Numbered from the stretch's first letter, positions 12,901 to 23,547 are shown. The stretch: 64,000 bases of DNA from Candidatus Latescibacterota bacterium (GCA_965261395.1 OZ253462.1:1728001-1792000), one strand, 5' to 3'. The notes: generated from the sequence alone by a model not told the origin. A program made the numbers and translations.

Positions 12901-14149
12901 CCCGTCGTCGTCTGTTGCCACCAGAAGCGTGGTCGTCGCGGCATTCGCTGCGAATGTCGCTACGGTGGGAACCTCGTCCGTGAGGAACGCACCGAGCTCT
13001 GTTACCTGTACTGGCACCGTCAGCGGCGCGGTCAGCTCGCCTGCCCGCGTCAGCGTAAACGCTACCGTCCCGCCTTCTGCCACGGCTGTCTGGTTTGCTG
13101 CGACGCTGACCACTACTCGTAGATCGTTGTCGGCGATTGCGCCCGTTGCCTTGCCTTGGCCGATTGTCGCGTTGGAATTGCGCAACCTGACTGTGAACGT
13201 CTCGTCGTCCTCTACCACATTGTCGTCAATGATGAATACGCGGATCCTCTGCTCCGTCTCCAAGATGGGGAAGGTCAAGGTCCCGATTGTCGCCCTGTAA
13301 TCCTGCCCCGCCGTCGCCGTGCCGCTCACGGTCGCGTAGTCCACCGTCACCGCCTCGAGACTTACTGCATTCAGCCTCACCGCGAAATCCAGCACTCCGC
13401 CTCCCTCCGACACCTGATAGCGCGTCGCGGCAAACGACACCGTCACATCGCTTCTGCGCACTTCTATCTCGGGTTCTTCCCCGTCGTTGTCGGCGATTGC
13501 CACCGTCGCGCTGGCCGCATCGCCTGTCCGATAGGTATCACCATCGGTGATCGTCGCCGTCACCGCGCCGATTGCTTCCTCCACCTCATCGTCCACCGTC
13601 TCTAGCTCAAGCGTGGTCGTTGTCTCATTCGCCGCGAATCTCACACTCGTATTAGTAGGTACTCCGTCGGCGAGGAAGTCACCGCGCTCCGTTATGCGTA
13701 CCGGTACCCTCAGCGGCTCGGTCAGGTTGCTGCCGGTTCGCGTCACCGTGAACGTCACCGTCTCGCCTTCTTCTACCTTGGTCTGATCTGTCGTCACGCT
13801 CACCACCTGCAGATCGTTGTCGGTGATCGCGCCCGTTGCCTCGCCTACGCCGATCGGCACGTTGGAATTGCGCAACCTGAGTATGAACGTCTCCTCTTCC
13901 TCCACCAACTTGTCGTCAATGATGGGCACGCGGATTATCCGCCCCCTCGACCCAGCCGGGAAGGTCAGGGTCCCGACGGTCCCCTCGTAATCCGTCCCCC
14001 CTATTGCCGTGCCGGTCACGGTCACATAGTCCACCACCGCCTCTTGGCTGACTGCTTTACTCAACCTCACTCTGAATTCCACCGCCTCGTCGTCCTCCGA
14101 CGCCTCATAGCGCTCCCTCGTAAATGATACTGTCACATCCTCCGGCAGC

Positions 14150-14290
14150 GGGGTGAGGGGAGTCGATGGGGTGCCGCCTGTTCCCGAAGGGCCGTCTGTT
14201 CCCGATGGGCCCCCTGTTCCCGGAGGGTCGCCTGTTCCCGGAGGGTCGGTGACCGGAGGATTGACCGGAGGGTTGACCGGATCGCCCGAC
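14150..14290 (-). repeat. Pro/Gly/Thr low-complexity linker built from 12-18-bp repeats
   Basis: Encodes GDPVNPPVNPPVTDPPGTGDPPGTGGPSGTDGPSGTGGTPSTPLTPLP. Confidence 0.8.
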
Positions 14291-16594
14291 TCCGACACGT
14301 TCCTCACCGTTACTATGATCGTCTGGTCTGCGGTCAGGGGTGGCGTGCCGCTAGTCGCACGCACCACCACCACGTACACGTTGTCGCCTGCCGGGCTCGA
14401 CGGGTTTGCGCTCTCCTCGTCCTCTGGATTCTCGAAATCCGGTGCCGTTTTGAACCTCAGCTCGTTCGAAGACACAATCTCAAACTTATCCCTATCTGCC
14501 CCGCCTGGGGTCGAGTAGGTTATTGGGTCTCCATCTTCGTCCGACGCTTGGACGGTAAGCACAGGCCTCGTGTTCTCGTCCACCGTCTGCCTCACCGTCT
14601 CCTCGCTGAACACCGGTGGCGCGTTATTGTCCATTGTCGAACCGGTCCCCGAATTCGACCACATACTCGTTCCCTCGTCGTTCTTCGCTTGGATCTGGAC
14701 TTCGTACTCGGTGTTCTCGTCAAGGCTGCTGATCGTCTCTGACAATCTGGTGGTCGTCCCCTCCGTCCAGTTTGCCTCCAAATCCGGATCGCTCGTCTTC
14801 TTGTACTGGTAATTGTAGCCGGTGATTGGCGGACGACCCTCGTTCGTGGGTTCCGACCAGCGCACCATCAGGCTCGTCACAGACTCGGCCGACACCGACG
14901 GTGCATTAGGCCTGCCCGGCGGCTCATCCACGTCTATCACCGCTACGGTAATCGTCTGCTTTGCGGTCTTCTCACGCGCCCCCGTACCGCTGGTCACTTC
15001 TACCACCACCACGTACCTGTTGTTGGGCCGAGCCTCGAAGTTCGGTACCGTTTTGAACCTCAGCTCGTTCGAAGACACAATCTCAAACTGATCCTTATCT
15101 ACCCCGTCTACGATCTCGTAGAGCTCGATGTTGTCGTCGCTGTCCGACGCTACGAGCGTCAGCACCGGCACCGTCGTGGACGTGTTCTCCGGCACATCCA
15201 CATCATCATCGCTGGTGAACTCCGGTGCCGCGTTGGCTTCCGTCTCTCCGGTTCCCGAATCCGACCACTGGCTCTCTCCTTAGTCATTCTCCGCTCGGAT
15301 CTGGACATAGTACGCGGTGTCTTCGTCGAGGTTCGGGATCACCACCGGCGATCCGGCGATCATCGTACTCGTCACCTCCGTCCAGTCTTCCGGCGGATCG
15401 CTCGTCTTCTCGTACCGGTAGTCGTAGTCTTTGATCGCTGGCCTACCATCGTTCGTCGGTGCCTCCCAACGCACCTCCAGACTCGTCTCAGAGTCTGTCA
15501 AAACCGACGGTGCATCCGGCGTGTCCGGCGGCTCATCCACGTCCGTCACCCTTACTGTGATCGTCTGTTCTGCGGTCTTCTCACGCCCCCCCGCGCCGCT
15601 GGTCGCCTCTACCACCACCTCATACACGTTGTCTCCATTCGCGTCCTGCGGATTCTCGTGGTCCGGTGCCGTTTTGAACGTTAGATCGCCCGTTGACGAT
15701 ATAGGCAAGAACTGCCCTTGGTCCGCGCCGTCCACGATATCGTAGCCTGTCACGCTGTCCTGGCTGTCGCCGTCCACCGCTTCGACTTTATCCGGCACTG
15801 ACGTAGAGTTCTCAGGAATGCTCTTCGTCGCTGAAGTGAACCTCGGTGCGTCGTTTTGCGGCGGTGGCGGTGTTATTACTTCCGTTGATGTTCCGTCCGG
15901 ACAGTTCCCTTCCACTAAATTATAATCATCGCTGTCTTCATCGTACGCTTCCGCCACACATTTATCCCAACCGCCTATCCCTTCCTCATCTATGTCCATA
16001 TGCCAATGGGTGTTGGCGTATCTATACTCTTCGTTTGGATGGGTTCTTACAAATTCGTCCCATTCCTCGTTAAGCTGGTGCCATTGATTTTCGCCAGGAC
16101 CACAGATGGTTGCCGGATCTCCATTCGGATTTGCATCCAGCGCTTTACAGACTTTCGGGATATCATGTCCGAATGTGGGTAATGCCGATGTCAGCGAAAC
16201 GAAAATGCAAATGACGAGCGCGAATCCCGTGCGGGAGAGTAAGGCGTTCTCTTTGCGGTGCCGAGCGGTAAGCACGTCACGCACTCGCTCGCCCGGCGGC
16301 GTTGACATGGCGGGACCATGCGGTAAATAATCGGTGAGACGCATTATTATCCCTAAGGGGCCTGGCAAAGCAGGCCCCTATCAATGGGGAAATATTATAG
16401 GGGCTTGAGGGGAACGACAGCCTGAAGGCGATTGCTTGACAAACGCCTTCAGCACCGTGGGGGGGGGAGGATACTCTAAAAATATACTACATAAGATGCT
16501 ATATGGAAAGGAGATACTACATATTGGATTGGACGATATATCGTCTAAAAACAATCAGATTGGCCCATAGACGACTTGGTAACAGGTAGTTATA

Positions 16595-16647
16595 ACAAAG
16601 GTCTATTTATCGCCTCTGAGACGATAAATAGACCTTTGTATTTTTTT
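16595..16647. terminator. strong hairpin downstream of the metalloprotease gene, probable terminator
   Basis: 18-bp perfect inverted repeat ACAAAGGTCTATTTATCG (16595-16612) / CGATAAATAGACCTTTGT (16622-16639), followed by a T-run on the + strand. Confidence 0.7.
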
Positions 16648-19384
16648 ATAAACTCCGCTCCAAACCGGCCTCCAGCGCGGCCTCAATCCGCGCCTTGGTC
16701 TCTTCGAGGTGGGCGCGGCTATACGCATCCAGACCGCTGCCATCCAGCCGCGTCTCGATCTGGGCGGCGATGGTCTGTAAATCCGCCCGGGCCAAGGTGC
16801 GAGCGTCCTCGGGCGTGCCCCAGGCGGGCCTGAGCACCAGCCCGATCAGTTTTTGTAGCTGTGCCCGCTGCAGGTTGCGGCGAAAGCTGTCGATGGAGTC
16901 ACCCGTCTCCAACTCCGCCCAGATAGCCTGCCGCAGTCCAGCAAACAGATCGACCATCCCGAAGGTCTCGTCGCCTTCGTAGCGCAGCTCCAGATCCTGT
17001 AGTCGGCTCAACAGAGTTGGATCGTAGAACCGGTCGAGCGGTCGCCGTTGGATGCGCAGCACGATATCGTGGATGGGATAGTCGATCCGATGCACGTCGA
17101 ACACCGACCAAGTGAAATCCACCCAGCGCTCCGGTGCCAGCTTGTTGAGCAGCTCCGGCGACCAACTAAAGGCGTCCGGCCCGAACACGTGCTCCACCAA
17201 AAAGTCGAGGGCCTCTCGCTGCCGGGCGGGCGGCACCGGCTGTAGCGGGAGCCGTCCATCGCCCACGTGGTCGCGGTAGTGGTAGATGCCGCCGATGTAG
17301 CGGCTGACATTGCCCGCCCCCGAAAAGTAGGGCCTAAAGCCCCAGCCAAATACTCGCCGCAGAGTTTGATAGCGCTCGCCCTTCTGCTCGAATTTGTCCT
17401 CCACCTTGGCCCACAGCTCTTTCGACAGAGCGATCTGGTCGCGGTAGTGGGCGATTGGGTCGTCGCGCAAGTCCCAGCGCGCCGCGCTCGGGTCGATCCC
17501 CCGGGTCCAGTACAGGGCGTCCTCGTCCGTGCCGTAGGCCAGATCTTTCTCCGCGACTTGGCCGGCGATCTTGGCCAGTTGGGCCTGCTCGCTCGCGGGA
17601 CTGTCTGCCTCTACTGGCCGGTAGGCGTATTCGATGGCCCAGTAGTCGTACGGCCCCAGCGTCGTCTGGTAGTATTCCCCCTGCTTATGGCCCTCTGGGG
17701 CGATATTGACCGGATTGTAGTCCATCACCGAGCTAGAGATGCCCTCTTTGTCGGTGACGCGACGGTCGTGTAGCTCGTCGAGCGCGTGGATGGTGCTGCC
17801 TTTGAAATTGTGCCGCAGGCCGAGGGTGTGGCCCACTTCGTGCGCTATCAACTCGACGATTAGCTGGCGGATGAACTCCTTTTCATCCACCTCGCCTCCG
17901 CCGGCCGCGGCCCGAACTTCCAGCAAGTGCCACCCGAAAGCGGCCTCCTGCCGCAGCCCGTCGGCCATGTCGCAGAATCCCCTGCTGTAGTTCCCGGTCA
18001 GCCCCATAGCCGCGGCGAGCGAATCAGGCCCTCGTCCCACAGGATCGACCAGTTCGGTGAACTCTAAGTGGGCATAGCGGATAAAGTCCGCGCTGATCCG
18101 TATATCGGCGTCGAAAATCTCGCCGGTAAAGGGATTGGTACGCGACGGCCCCACCGCGTACCCCTGGCCGGGCTGCACCATCCAGCGCACCGAGTTGTAG
18201 CGCACGTCGGCTGCGTCCCACTCGGCGTCGTCCGGCTGCTGCTTTGCCACAATCGCCCCCTCAAAGCCGAGCGGCTCGAATGCCTTGTTCCACACCAAGA
18301 TCCCCTCTTGCACCGCTTGCCGGTACTCCGGTGGAATCGTGTTTTCCAGCCAGAATACAATCGGCTTTTTGGGAGGCGACCGCTTGAACTTGGGCTCGGC
18401 TTTCTCCAGATGCCAGCGATTGATGTAGCGCACGTACGGGTCGTCCTTGAGCACCGAGGTGTAGTCCTGGTGCAAGGTCGTGAAATGCCCCACTCGGTCG
18501 TCGGCCAAGCGCGGGCGAAAATCCGACTCGGGCAGACTGGACAGGCTGTAGTGATAGATGTGCTGGAAACTCCGCGTATCCGCTAGGGTGGGGATGTCTC
18601 TTTGAGGTGAGTCGGTCGCAAAGTGCAGCACCACGTCGATTTCGGTATTGTGCGGGAAATTCTTCAACGCGCCGAAATAGCTGTTGTCGTTGTCGAAGCT
18701 ATACGAACCCTTTTTGAGGTACTCGCTGAAGAAGGAACTTACCAAGGCGATGTCCTGAACGAAGAAATCATTCGGGTCTACCAACACCGCGCCGGTCTCG
18801 GGATGGGGCTGCCCTTCAATGCTGCCGACGCCGAGAATCGAGTCGGACAGGCCCCGGTCCACGGCTCGGTGGATGGCTGCGTCCGGCTCGGCCCGGTAGT
18901 ACACATTCTTGTGGGCGAAGAATACCTTTTTGCCGACCCGCTGAAAAACAAAGGGAAACGTGCCCCAGCCCCGACCTATGGAGACCAGTGAGGCCGAATC
19001 AAAGAAGTAGCCGTCTCCCTGCGTGCGCGTGATGCTGCACAGGTAGATCTGGTCGAACTGCTCGGGCCGAATGGCCAAGAACACTTTGTTTTCTTCTGGA
19101 TCCCGGTACAGGTCGAACAGGCCTTCGATCTTGTCAAAGTCCTTGATTGCTTTCGCAAATTTGGGGCCTTTGTCCTCATCTTCTTCATCTTCTTCGTCTT
19201 CTTCGTCTTCTTCATCTTCCTTCCCTTCCTCTTCGTCCTTCTCAGCGGCCTCTTCTTCGACGGCCTCCTCTTTTTCCTCCTCCGCCCAGATGGTCCCCAC
19301 CCCCCATAAGCCGAGGATGGCGACCAGCAATATCCATTTTAATGCGCGCATAGTACTAATCAGCTCCATCTCAACGTGCCTCAC
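16646..19384 (-). CDS. secreted zinc-dependent metalloprotease (Met-zincin, DUF5117/DUF4953/EcxA-like)
   Basis: HEVGHTLGLRHN zinc motif, SSVMDY Met-turn, DDRVGHF, YINRWHL; signal peptide followed by an acidic tract. True start may be a downstream Met. Confidence 0.88.
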   Translation of the reverse strand: MRHVEMELISTMRALKWILLVAILGLWGVGTIWAEEEKEEAVEEEAAEKDEEEGKEDEEDEEDEEDEEDEDKGPKFAKAIKDFDKIEGLFDLYRDPEENKVFLAIRPEQFDQIYLCSITRTQGDGYFFDSASLVSIGRGWGTFPFVFQRVGKKVFFAHKNVYYRAEPDAAIHRAVDRGLSDSILGVGSIEGQPHPETGAVLVDPNDFFVQDIALVSSFFSEYLKKGSYSFDNDNSYFGALKNFPHNTEIDVVLHFATDSPQRDIPTLADTRSFQHIYHYSLSSLPESDFRPRLADDRVGHFTTLHQDYTSVLKDDPYVRYINRWHLEKAEPKFKRSPPKKPIVFWLENTIPPEYRQAVQEGILVWNKAFEPLGFEGAIVAKQQPDDAEWDAADVRYNSVRWMVQPGQGYAVGPSRTNPFTGEIFDADIRISADFIRYAHLEFTELVDPVGRGPDSLAAAMGLTGNYSRGFCDMADGLRQEAAFGWHLLEVRAAAGGGEVDEKEFIRQLIVELIAHEVGHTLGLRHNFKGSTIHALDELHDRRVTDKEGISSSVMDYNPVNIAPEGHKQGEYYQTTLGPYDYWAIEYAYRPVEADSPASEQAQLAKIAGQVAEKDLAYGTDEDALYWTRGIDPSAARWDLRDDPIAHYRDQIALSKELWAKVEDKFEQKGERYQTLRRVFGWGFRPYFSGAGNVSRYIGGIYHYRDHVGDGRLPLQPVPPARQREALDFLVEHVFGPDAFSWSPELLNKLAPERWVDFTWSVFDVHRIDYPIHDIVLRIQRRPLDRFYDPTLLSRLQDLELRYEGDETFGMVDLFAGLRQAIWAELETGDSIDSFRRNLQRAQLQKLIGLVLRPAWGTPEDARTLARADLQTIAAQIETRLDGSGLDAYSRAHLEETKARIEAALEAGLERSL

Positions 19385-19392
19385 GGTTTGGA

Positions 19393-19812
19393 TTATTCAC
19401 AGTAAACTCGGACCTTGTTGTCCTCGTCTTGGATATTGACCTCGATATCGCTTAGTGCGTCTATGAGCTGATCGAGGTCCTCGGTTCGCAGGTTGTGAAT
19501 GTCGATGTCGATGCCGTTTTTCTCCATCGTCTTGTTGATTCCCTGCGCTGCCTGATCCGGAAGCAAGTTGTGCAGCTTGACTCAGGCCTTGATCAGCGCC
19601 AACGGCACCCGGACATCAATGTGCTCCTCCCCGTCCGAGTCGATGGTGACCCTCAGATATCGAGCCGCTCCCGTGCGTGGAGGTGCTAGCGGCTGCACCA
19701 CTGTGGTCACCTCTGGCCCCTCGTCAACGAGGGAAATCAGGCGCTCGGCCTCATCGACGGACACCTTGCCCTCCGATAGCATCTCGAGTACGCGTCTGCT
19801 GTTTGCGTTCAT
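19393..19812 (-). pseudogene. SHOCT-like domain protein (YvlB/LiaX N-terminal-like) with in-frame TGA at 19582-19584
   Basis: RRVLEMLSEGKVSVDEAERLI; the frame continues VPLALIKA*VKLHNLLP...KVRVYCE* for 62 more codons. Confidence 0.75.
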
Positions 19813-19836
19813 GGCGGTCCTCCTGTTTGCGTTTGG

Positions 19837-20886
19837 CTACTGAATTGCAATGGAGCCGTTCACGGTCTTGGCGATCAGTTCGGCCTCGCCTTCGCCTACC
19901 GTTCCTTGGAGTTTGTGGCGCTTCTCGACCGCTGCGACGAAGCCCGGTATTTCGCAGCGGACTCGCCCGTTGACCGTCGCAGCCGTTAGCTTGAGGCTCG
20001 GCTCGGCGTCTAGGGCTACCTTGATGTTGCCGTTCGAGGTGAATAGTCTGTTGTCGTTTCCAGGCGCCATGCTCCCCTGTAATTTTATCGATCCATTGGT
20101 CGTCCGCGCATCGAAGCGGCCGTGTGCGTCCTCTATGGACACGCGACTGTTTACGGTGGCGAGTTCCGCCGAGCCTGAGAGCGTCTTGACCGTGATTGGG
20201 GCGTTCTTGGTCGTCGCGTTCAGGTCGCCCCTGAAATTTTCGACCCTTATGGGCCCGTTCTTGGTCTGCACCGCCCCACCGCCTTCCGTTCCTTGGAGTT
20301 CCACCGGCCCGTTGCTAGTCGCCAAGTCAACGCTAGTCGCGACGGGCACCGTCACCTCAATGTTTGCTCCAGAGTGCTGGCGGGAGAATCCGTGCAGGAA
20401 TCCCTCGGATTGCTGATCAGGCTTAGCCTCGACCGTGACGAGGTCGCCTTCCTGCACGGCGCTGTACTTGAGTCCGTGAGGTTTTTTCAGCTTGGCCCGC
20501 ACGCGAATCGAGCCGGGTTCGCCGGCATGGACCCGGATGCGGCCGTTGAAGCCGCGCACCACGAGACGCGGGTTGTCGCCCACTGCGAAAGTGTCGTCGC
20601 GCATGGACGTCTTGCCGTCCTTGTCGCGGGCGTCGTTTTCGCTCTCTGACCACCCTAGGGATTCTTCGAGTCCTTCGAGTCCTTTTTCGAGTCCTTTTTC
20701 GATTTCTTCTCCGAGTCCTTCGAGGGGGTCTTGCAGCGCTCCCACGCTAGGTATCGGAGGTATCGGCCCCTTGCGGGCTTCGCGGTGGGTGCCTTGCAGC
20801 GCCTCCAAGAGACGCTCGGCCTCTTCTACAGTTACCTTCCCCTCCGCGAGCATGTCGAGGACTCTGCGTCGCTCTTCAGTCATCAC
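19837..20886 (-). CDS. DUF4097 beta-strand repeat protein with N-terminal SHOCT-like domain
   Basis: ERRRVLDMLAEGKVTVEEAERLL; repeated T-x-NG-x-I/V beta-solenoid motifs. Confidence 0.85.
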   Translation of the reverse strand: MMTEERRRVLDMLAEGKVTVEEAERLLEALQGTHREARKGPIPPIPSVGALQDPLEGLGEEIEKGLEKGLEGLEESLGWSESENDARDKDGKTSMRDDTFAVGDNPRLVVRGFNGRIRVHAGEPGSIRVRAKLKKPHGLKYSAVQEGDLVTVEAKPDQQSEGFLHGFSRQHSGANIEVTVPVATSVDLATSNGPVELQGTEGGGAVQTKNGPIRVENFRGDLNATTKNAPITVKTLSGSAELATVNSRVSIEDAHGRFDARTTNGSIKLQGSMAPGNDNRLFTSNGNIKVALDAEPSLKLTAATVNGRVRCEIPGFVAAVEKRHKLQGTVGEGEAELIAKTVNGSIAIQ

Positions 20887-20892
20887 AGCCTC

Positions 20893-21168
20893 CTAGTCGA
20901 TTGAAATGAACACGCGATCCTCGCCAGAGGCCACGTTGCAGCGTAGGCCGCGCAACGAGGCAAGCACGTATAGAAGTAAAGGGCCAGCCAGCAGGACGGA
21001 ACGACCCCGAGTGCGATGCCCCGAGCGCGCCGCTACTAGTACTGCTACAGGTGTCCCCAGCAGCACCACGACGGCAATGACCGGCCATAGCACTATGAGC
21101 GGGATCCACAGCCGAATGCGGCGTTTGTCACCTTGGACCCGTACTCTCAGAAACATCGGTGGCAGCAT
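20893..21168 (-). CDS. small membrane protein of the DUF2089 operon
   Basis: IRLWIPLIVLWP hydrophobic segment; ATG overlaps the upstream TGA. Confidence 0.7.
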   Translation of the reverse strand: MLPPMFLRVRVQGDKRRIRLWIPLIVLWPVIAVVVLLGTPVAVLVAARSGHRTRGRSVLLAGPLLLYVLASLRGLRCNVASGEDRVFISID

Positions 21169-21557
21169 CAGGAGAGCCTCCGCAGCGCCTCTTCGACGTC
21201 GATATCGCCGCTTTCTAGGCTGTCGAGTACTGCCGTCGATTGAGGATTTGAGCGTGGTGGGCTAGCCGATTCTGTGGTTCGAGGTACCGTCTCGACGAAC
21301 TGTAGCTGCTCTGCAATGGCATTCAACCGGTTCTTAACCGTCGGGTAGCTGATGCCAAATATGCGCTCCATCTCTTTGATCGAGCCGTGGACTTGGACGA
21401 AGGCCATTGCGAATACCTGGTCCTCGGCGGAAAGACGCGCCAAAATAGGCAGCTCGAATTGCCCTTCGATCGCGATGTCGCTGTCCGGCAAGGAAACCCG
21501 TTCCACTACGATACGCGCCCCCTGCGTCAGATCGGTTAGCTCTTTCCAGTCTTTGAT
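21168..21557 (-). CDS. DUF2089 family HTH regulator; expected start is ATC rather than ATG
   Basis: GSIKEMERIFGISYPTVKNRL HTH and C-terminal LESGDIDVEEALRRL; RBS GGAGGT then ATC AAA GAC TGG in frame with ORF 21168..21506. Confidence 0.8.
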   Translation of the reverse strand: MKDWKELTDLTQGARIVVERVSLPDSDIAIEGQFELPILARLSAEDQVFAMAFVQVHGSIKEMERIFGISYPTVKNRLNAIAEQLQFVETVPRTTESASPPRSNPQSTAVLDSLESGDIDVEEALRRLS

Positions 21558-21569
21558 GGCGATACCTCC

Positions 21570-21650
21570 AAATAATTAAATTTAGGCGTAATTATAGCCA
21601 TATATTTAAAAAGTCAATTATTAAATTGATAAAATTAATTTTATTGATCT
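21570..21650 (-). promoter_or_regulatory. very AT-rich promoter/operator region of the DUF2089 operon
   Basis: Extreme AT richness in a GC-rich context; TTGACT on the minus strand and repeated TAATT/AATTA boxes. Confidence 0.5.
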
Positions 21651-21684
21651 TCTGGATTGACTATACTCGGAGGGGATTTGGACA

Positions 21685-22800
21685 CTAGTCGTCCTCCACG
21701 GCTGCCGATACCGCGTTGGAAACCCGCCGCAACAGGCTCCCGTTGGCGACCATTTGGTTGGTCAGCACCACGCAGCTTAGCTGGCGATCCGCGTCCGCCC
21801 ACGCCACCGTGCCAGTCGCCCCGGTGTGGCCGAAGGTGTGCGGCGGGACCAGATCGCCCCAAAACGCCCACACCCGCGCCCCGCACACGCCCCACCCAAG
21901 ACCCCACGGCGCGTCGAGCGTGCCGTTCTGGTCCCGCGTCATCGCCGCGACCGCGGCGCGGCTGAAAATGCGCTGGTCGCCGTACGCGCCGCCGTTGAGC
22001 ATGGTTTGCAAGAGGACCGCCAGATCGCGTCCGGTGCTGTGCATGCCGCCCCACGGTGCCCCGAAATCGCGCCAGTACGGGGAATTCCACCCCCAACTCC
22101 GCAGCTCTTCGTCCTCTTCGGTGTCCGTCCCGCACCACACGGTATCTTCAATCGGCCAATCGCCCATGCCCAACGCGCTGCGCTCCATGCCCAACGGCGC
22201 GAAAATTTCCTCGCGTTCAAAGTCGCGCAACCGCTGGCCGCTGACGCGCTCGACGATCGCGGCCGCCAGCAGGATGCCCTTGCTCTGGTAGCGAAAATCG
22301 GTCGCCGGTTTGTAGAGCAGAGGCGTCTGCATGGCGCGCTCGACAAAGACCTCTACCGGCTCGTGTGCCCGCCGCAGGCTGACGTTCTCCGGCAGCATGT
22401 CGGGCATACCCGATATGTGCGATAGCAGGTGGCGGACTTTGATGGAGGGCCGGTCGCCGCCTGTGAACTCGGGCAGGTAGTCGGCGGCCGAGTCTTCAAG
22501 CGAGATCAGCCCGCGGTCAACTAGGATCATCAGCGCGCAAGCGGTGACCGGCTTGGTGATCGACGCGAGGAGAAAGATCGAGTCCGCATCGACCGGCTGG
22601 CCGGTGTTAGGTTTCCGCTGGCCGGCCCCTCGTGCGAAGACCTCTTGGCCGTGCCGCGCTACCGTCAGCGAGGCCGCGCTGATCTGGCCCGCCTCGATAG
22701 CAGCCGTGAGCAGGCCGAAGGCCCGTTTGAGTTGGGCGGCCGAGATGCCGACAGCCGCTGGGTCGCCCGTTTGTAAAACCGTTCCGTCCGTTGTCATCAC
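21685..22800 (-). CDS. serine hydrolase, beta-lactamase class C-like family
   Basis: ASITK (SxxK), LLSHISG, FRYQS, FGHTGATG. Confidence 0.88.
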   Translation of the reverse strand: MMTTDGTVLQTGDPAAVGISAAQLKRAFGLLTAAIEAGQISAASLTVARHGQEVFARGAGQRKPNTGQPVDADSIFLLASITKPVTACALMILVDRGLISLEDSAADYLPEFTGGDRPSIKVRHLLSHISGMPDMLPENVSLRRAHEPVEVFVERAMQTPLLYKPATDFRYQSKGILLAAAIVERVSGQRLRDFEREEIFAPLGMERSALGMGDWPIEDTVWCGTDTEEDEELRSWGWNSPYWRDFGAPWGGMHSTGRDLAVLLQTMLNGGAYGDQRIFSRAAVAAMTRDQNGTLDAPWGLGWGVCGARVWAFWGDLVPPHTFGHTGATGTVAWADADRQLSCVVLTNQMVANGSLLRRVSNAVSAAVEDD

Positions 22801-22833
22801 GTGCTCCTTTTCTTTGGAATATAAAGCGCGACA

Positions 22834-23547
22834 TTAACCAACTAACCCGACCACTTCCCTCAACCCCGCCACCACTCGCACCCCGTCCTCCGTCCATTCT
22901 GGCTTTGCCGGAGAGCCATCCGCGCCGAGCGACCGCCGGATCAACACCGGCCGCAGCCCCGCAGCCTTGGCCCCCGCTACGTCGTCTTCCGGGGAATCGC
23001 CGACGAAGAGCGCCTCGTCAGCCACCAACCCCGTCTGCTCCAGTGCCGGGGTAAAAATTGCCGGATCGGGCTTTTTGACGCCGGCATCACCGGAGACGAC
23101 CACTGCGTCGAAAAAGGGGCGCAACGCCAGCTCGTCTAGCAACCGATGGACGTGCGGCGGATGGTCGAAGTTGGAAATCAGCGCCAGCTTGTAGCGGCCT
23201 TGCAATTCGCCCAGCACGCTTTTGGCCTCTCGGTCGAGCGGCGTGTGTGCGTGCCACGCCGCCACGCTCGCTACGGTGATCCGCCGCAATTCCTCTAACT
23301 CCAACGCCAAGCCCAACTCGCGCATGCGACGTTCGTACACGGTTAGTCCGTCATCCTGTACCGGCGGCTCGGGTTGGAGCAAGAATTCCTCGCATAGTCG
23401 GATCAATGTTTCTTCATCAAACGCACGGCCACTAGCGATCAGCTCGCGGCGTATGGCATGGAACCAACTCTCTCCCGCGGCTTCCATATTGCCGTAGCGC
23501 AATAACGTGCCGTATAGGTCGAAGAAAACTCCCCGTATTTCAGTCAT
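22834..23547 (-). CDS. HAD-superfamily hydrolase
   Basis: FFDLYGTL, ISNFD, KKPDPAIF, FVGDSPEDD. Confidence 0.9.
   Translation of the reverse strand: MTEIRGVFFDLYGTLLRYGNMEAAGESWFHAIRRELIASGRAFDEETLIRLCEEFLLQPEPPVQDDGLTVYERRMRELGLALELEELRRITVASVAAWHAHTPLDREAKSVLGELQGRYKLALISNFDHPPHVHRLLDELALRPFFDAVVVSGDAGVKKPDPAIFTPALEQTGLVADEALFVGDSPEDDVAGAKAAGLRPVLIRRSLGADGSPAKPEWTEDGVRVVAGLREVVGLVG

Larger units (their letters stand above)
4294..16344 (-). pseudogene. giant autotransporter-like adhesin (signal peptide, Cys-containing tip, cadherin-like, FN3 and Calx-beta repeats, C-terminal beta-barrel), ~4016 codons, interrupted by one in-frame TAA at 15280-15282
   Basis: ORFs 15280..16368 and 4294..15201 are in the same frame: ...IRAEND*GESQWSDSGTG... 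matches the next FN3 repeat QAKNDEGTSMWSNSGTG. Calx-beta motifs (TADGTA...DY...GTLTF...IIDD..DE..E.FTV.L); cadherin-like PDFENP; C-terminus AWLARFGRT...WTAWGRG...TLYW typical of autotransporter barrels. Start codon uncertain. Confidence 0.85.

Noticed and set aside
16370-16470. c-di-GMP or other known riboswitch upstream of the adhesin
   Set aside because: Hairpins are present but the consensus motifs were not recognisable
19180-19285. Acidic trinucleotide-rich repeat as a separate element
   Set aside because: Encodes the Glu/Asp-rich linker after the metalloprotease signal peptide
19582-19584. In-frame TGA as selenocysteine or genome-wide UGA recoding
   Set aside because: Context is not a Cys/redox motif and there is no clear SECIS; many genes here end in TGA with downstream overlaps, so the code is standard
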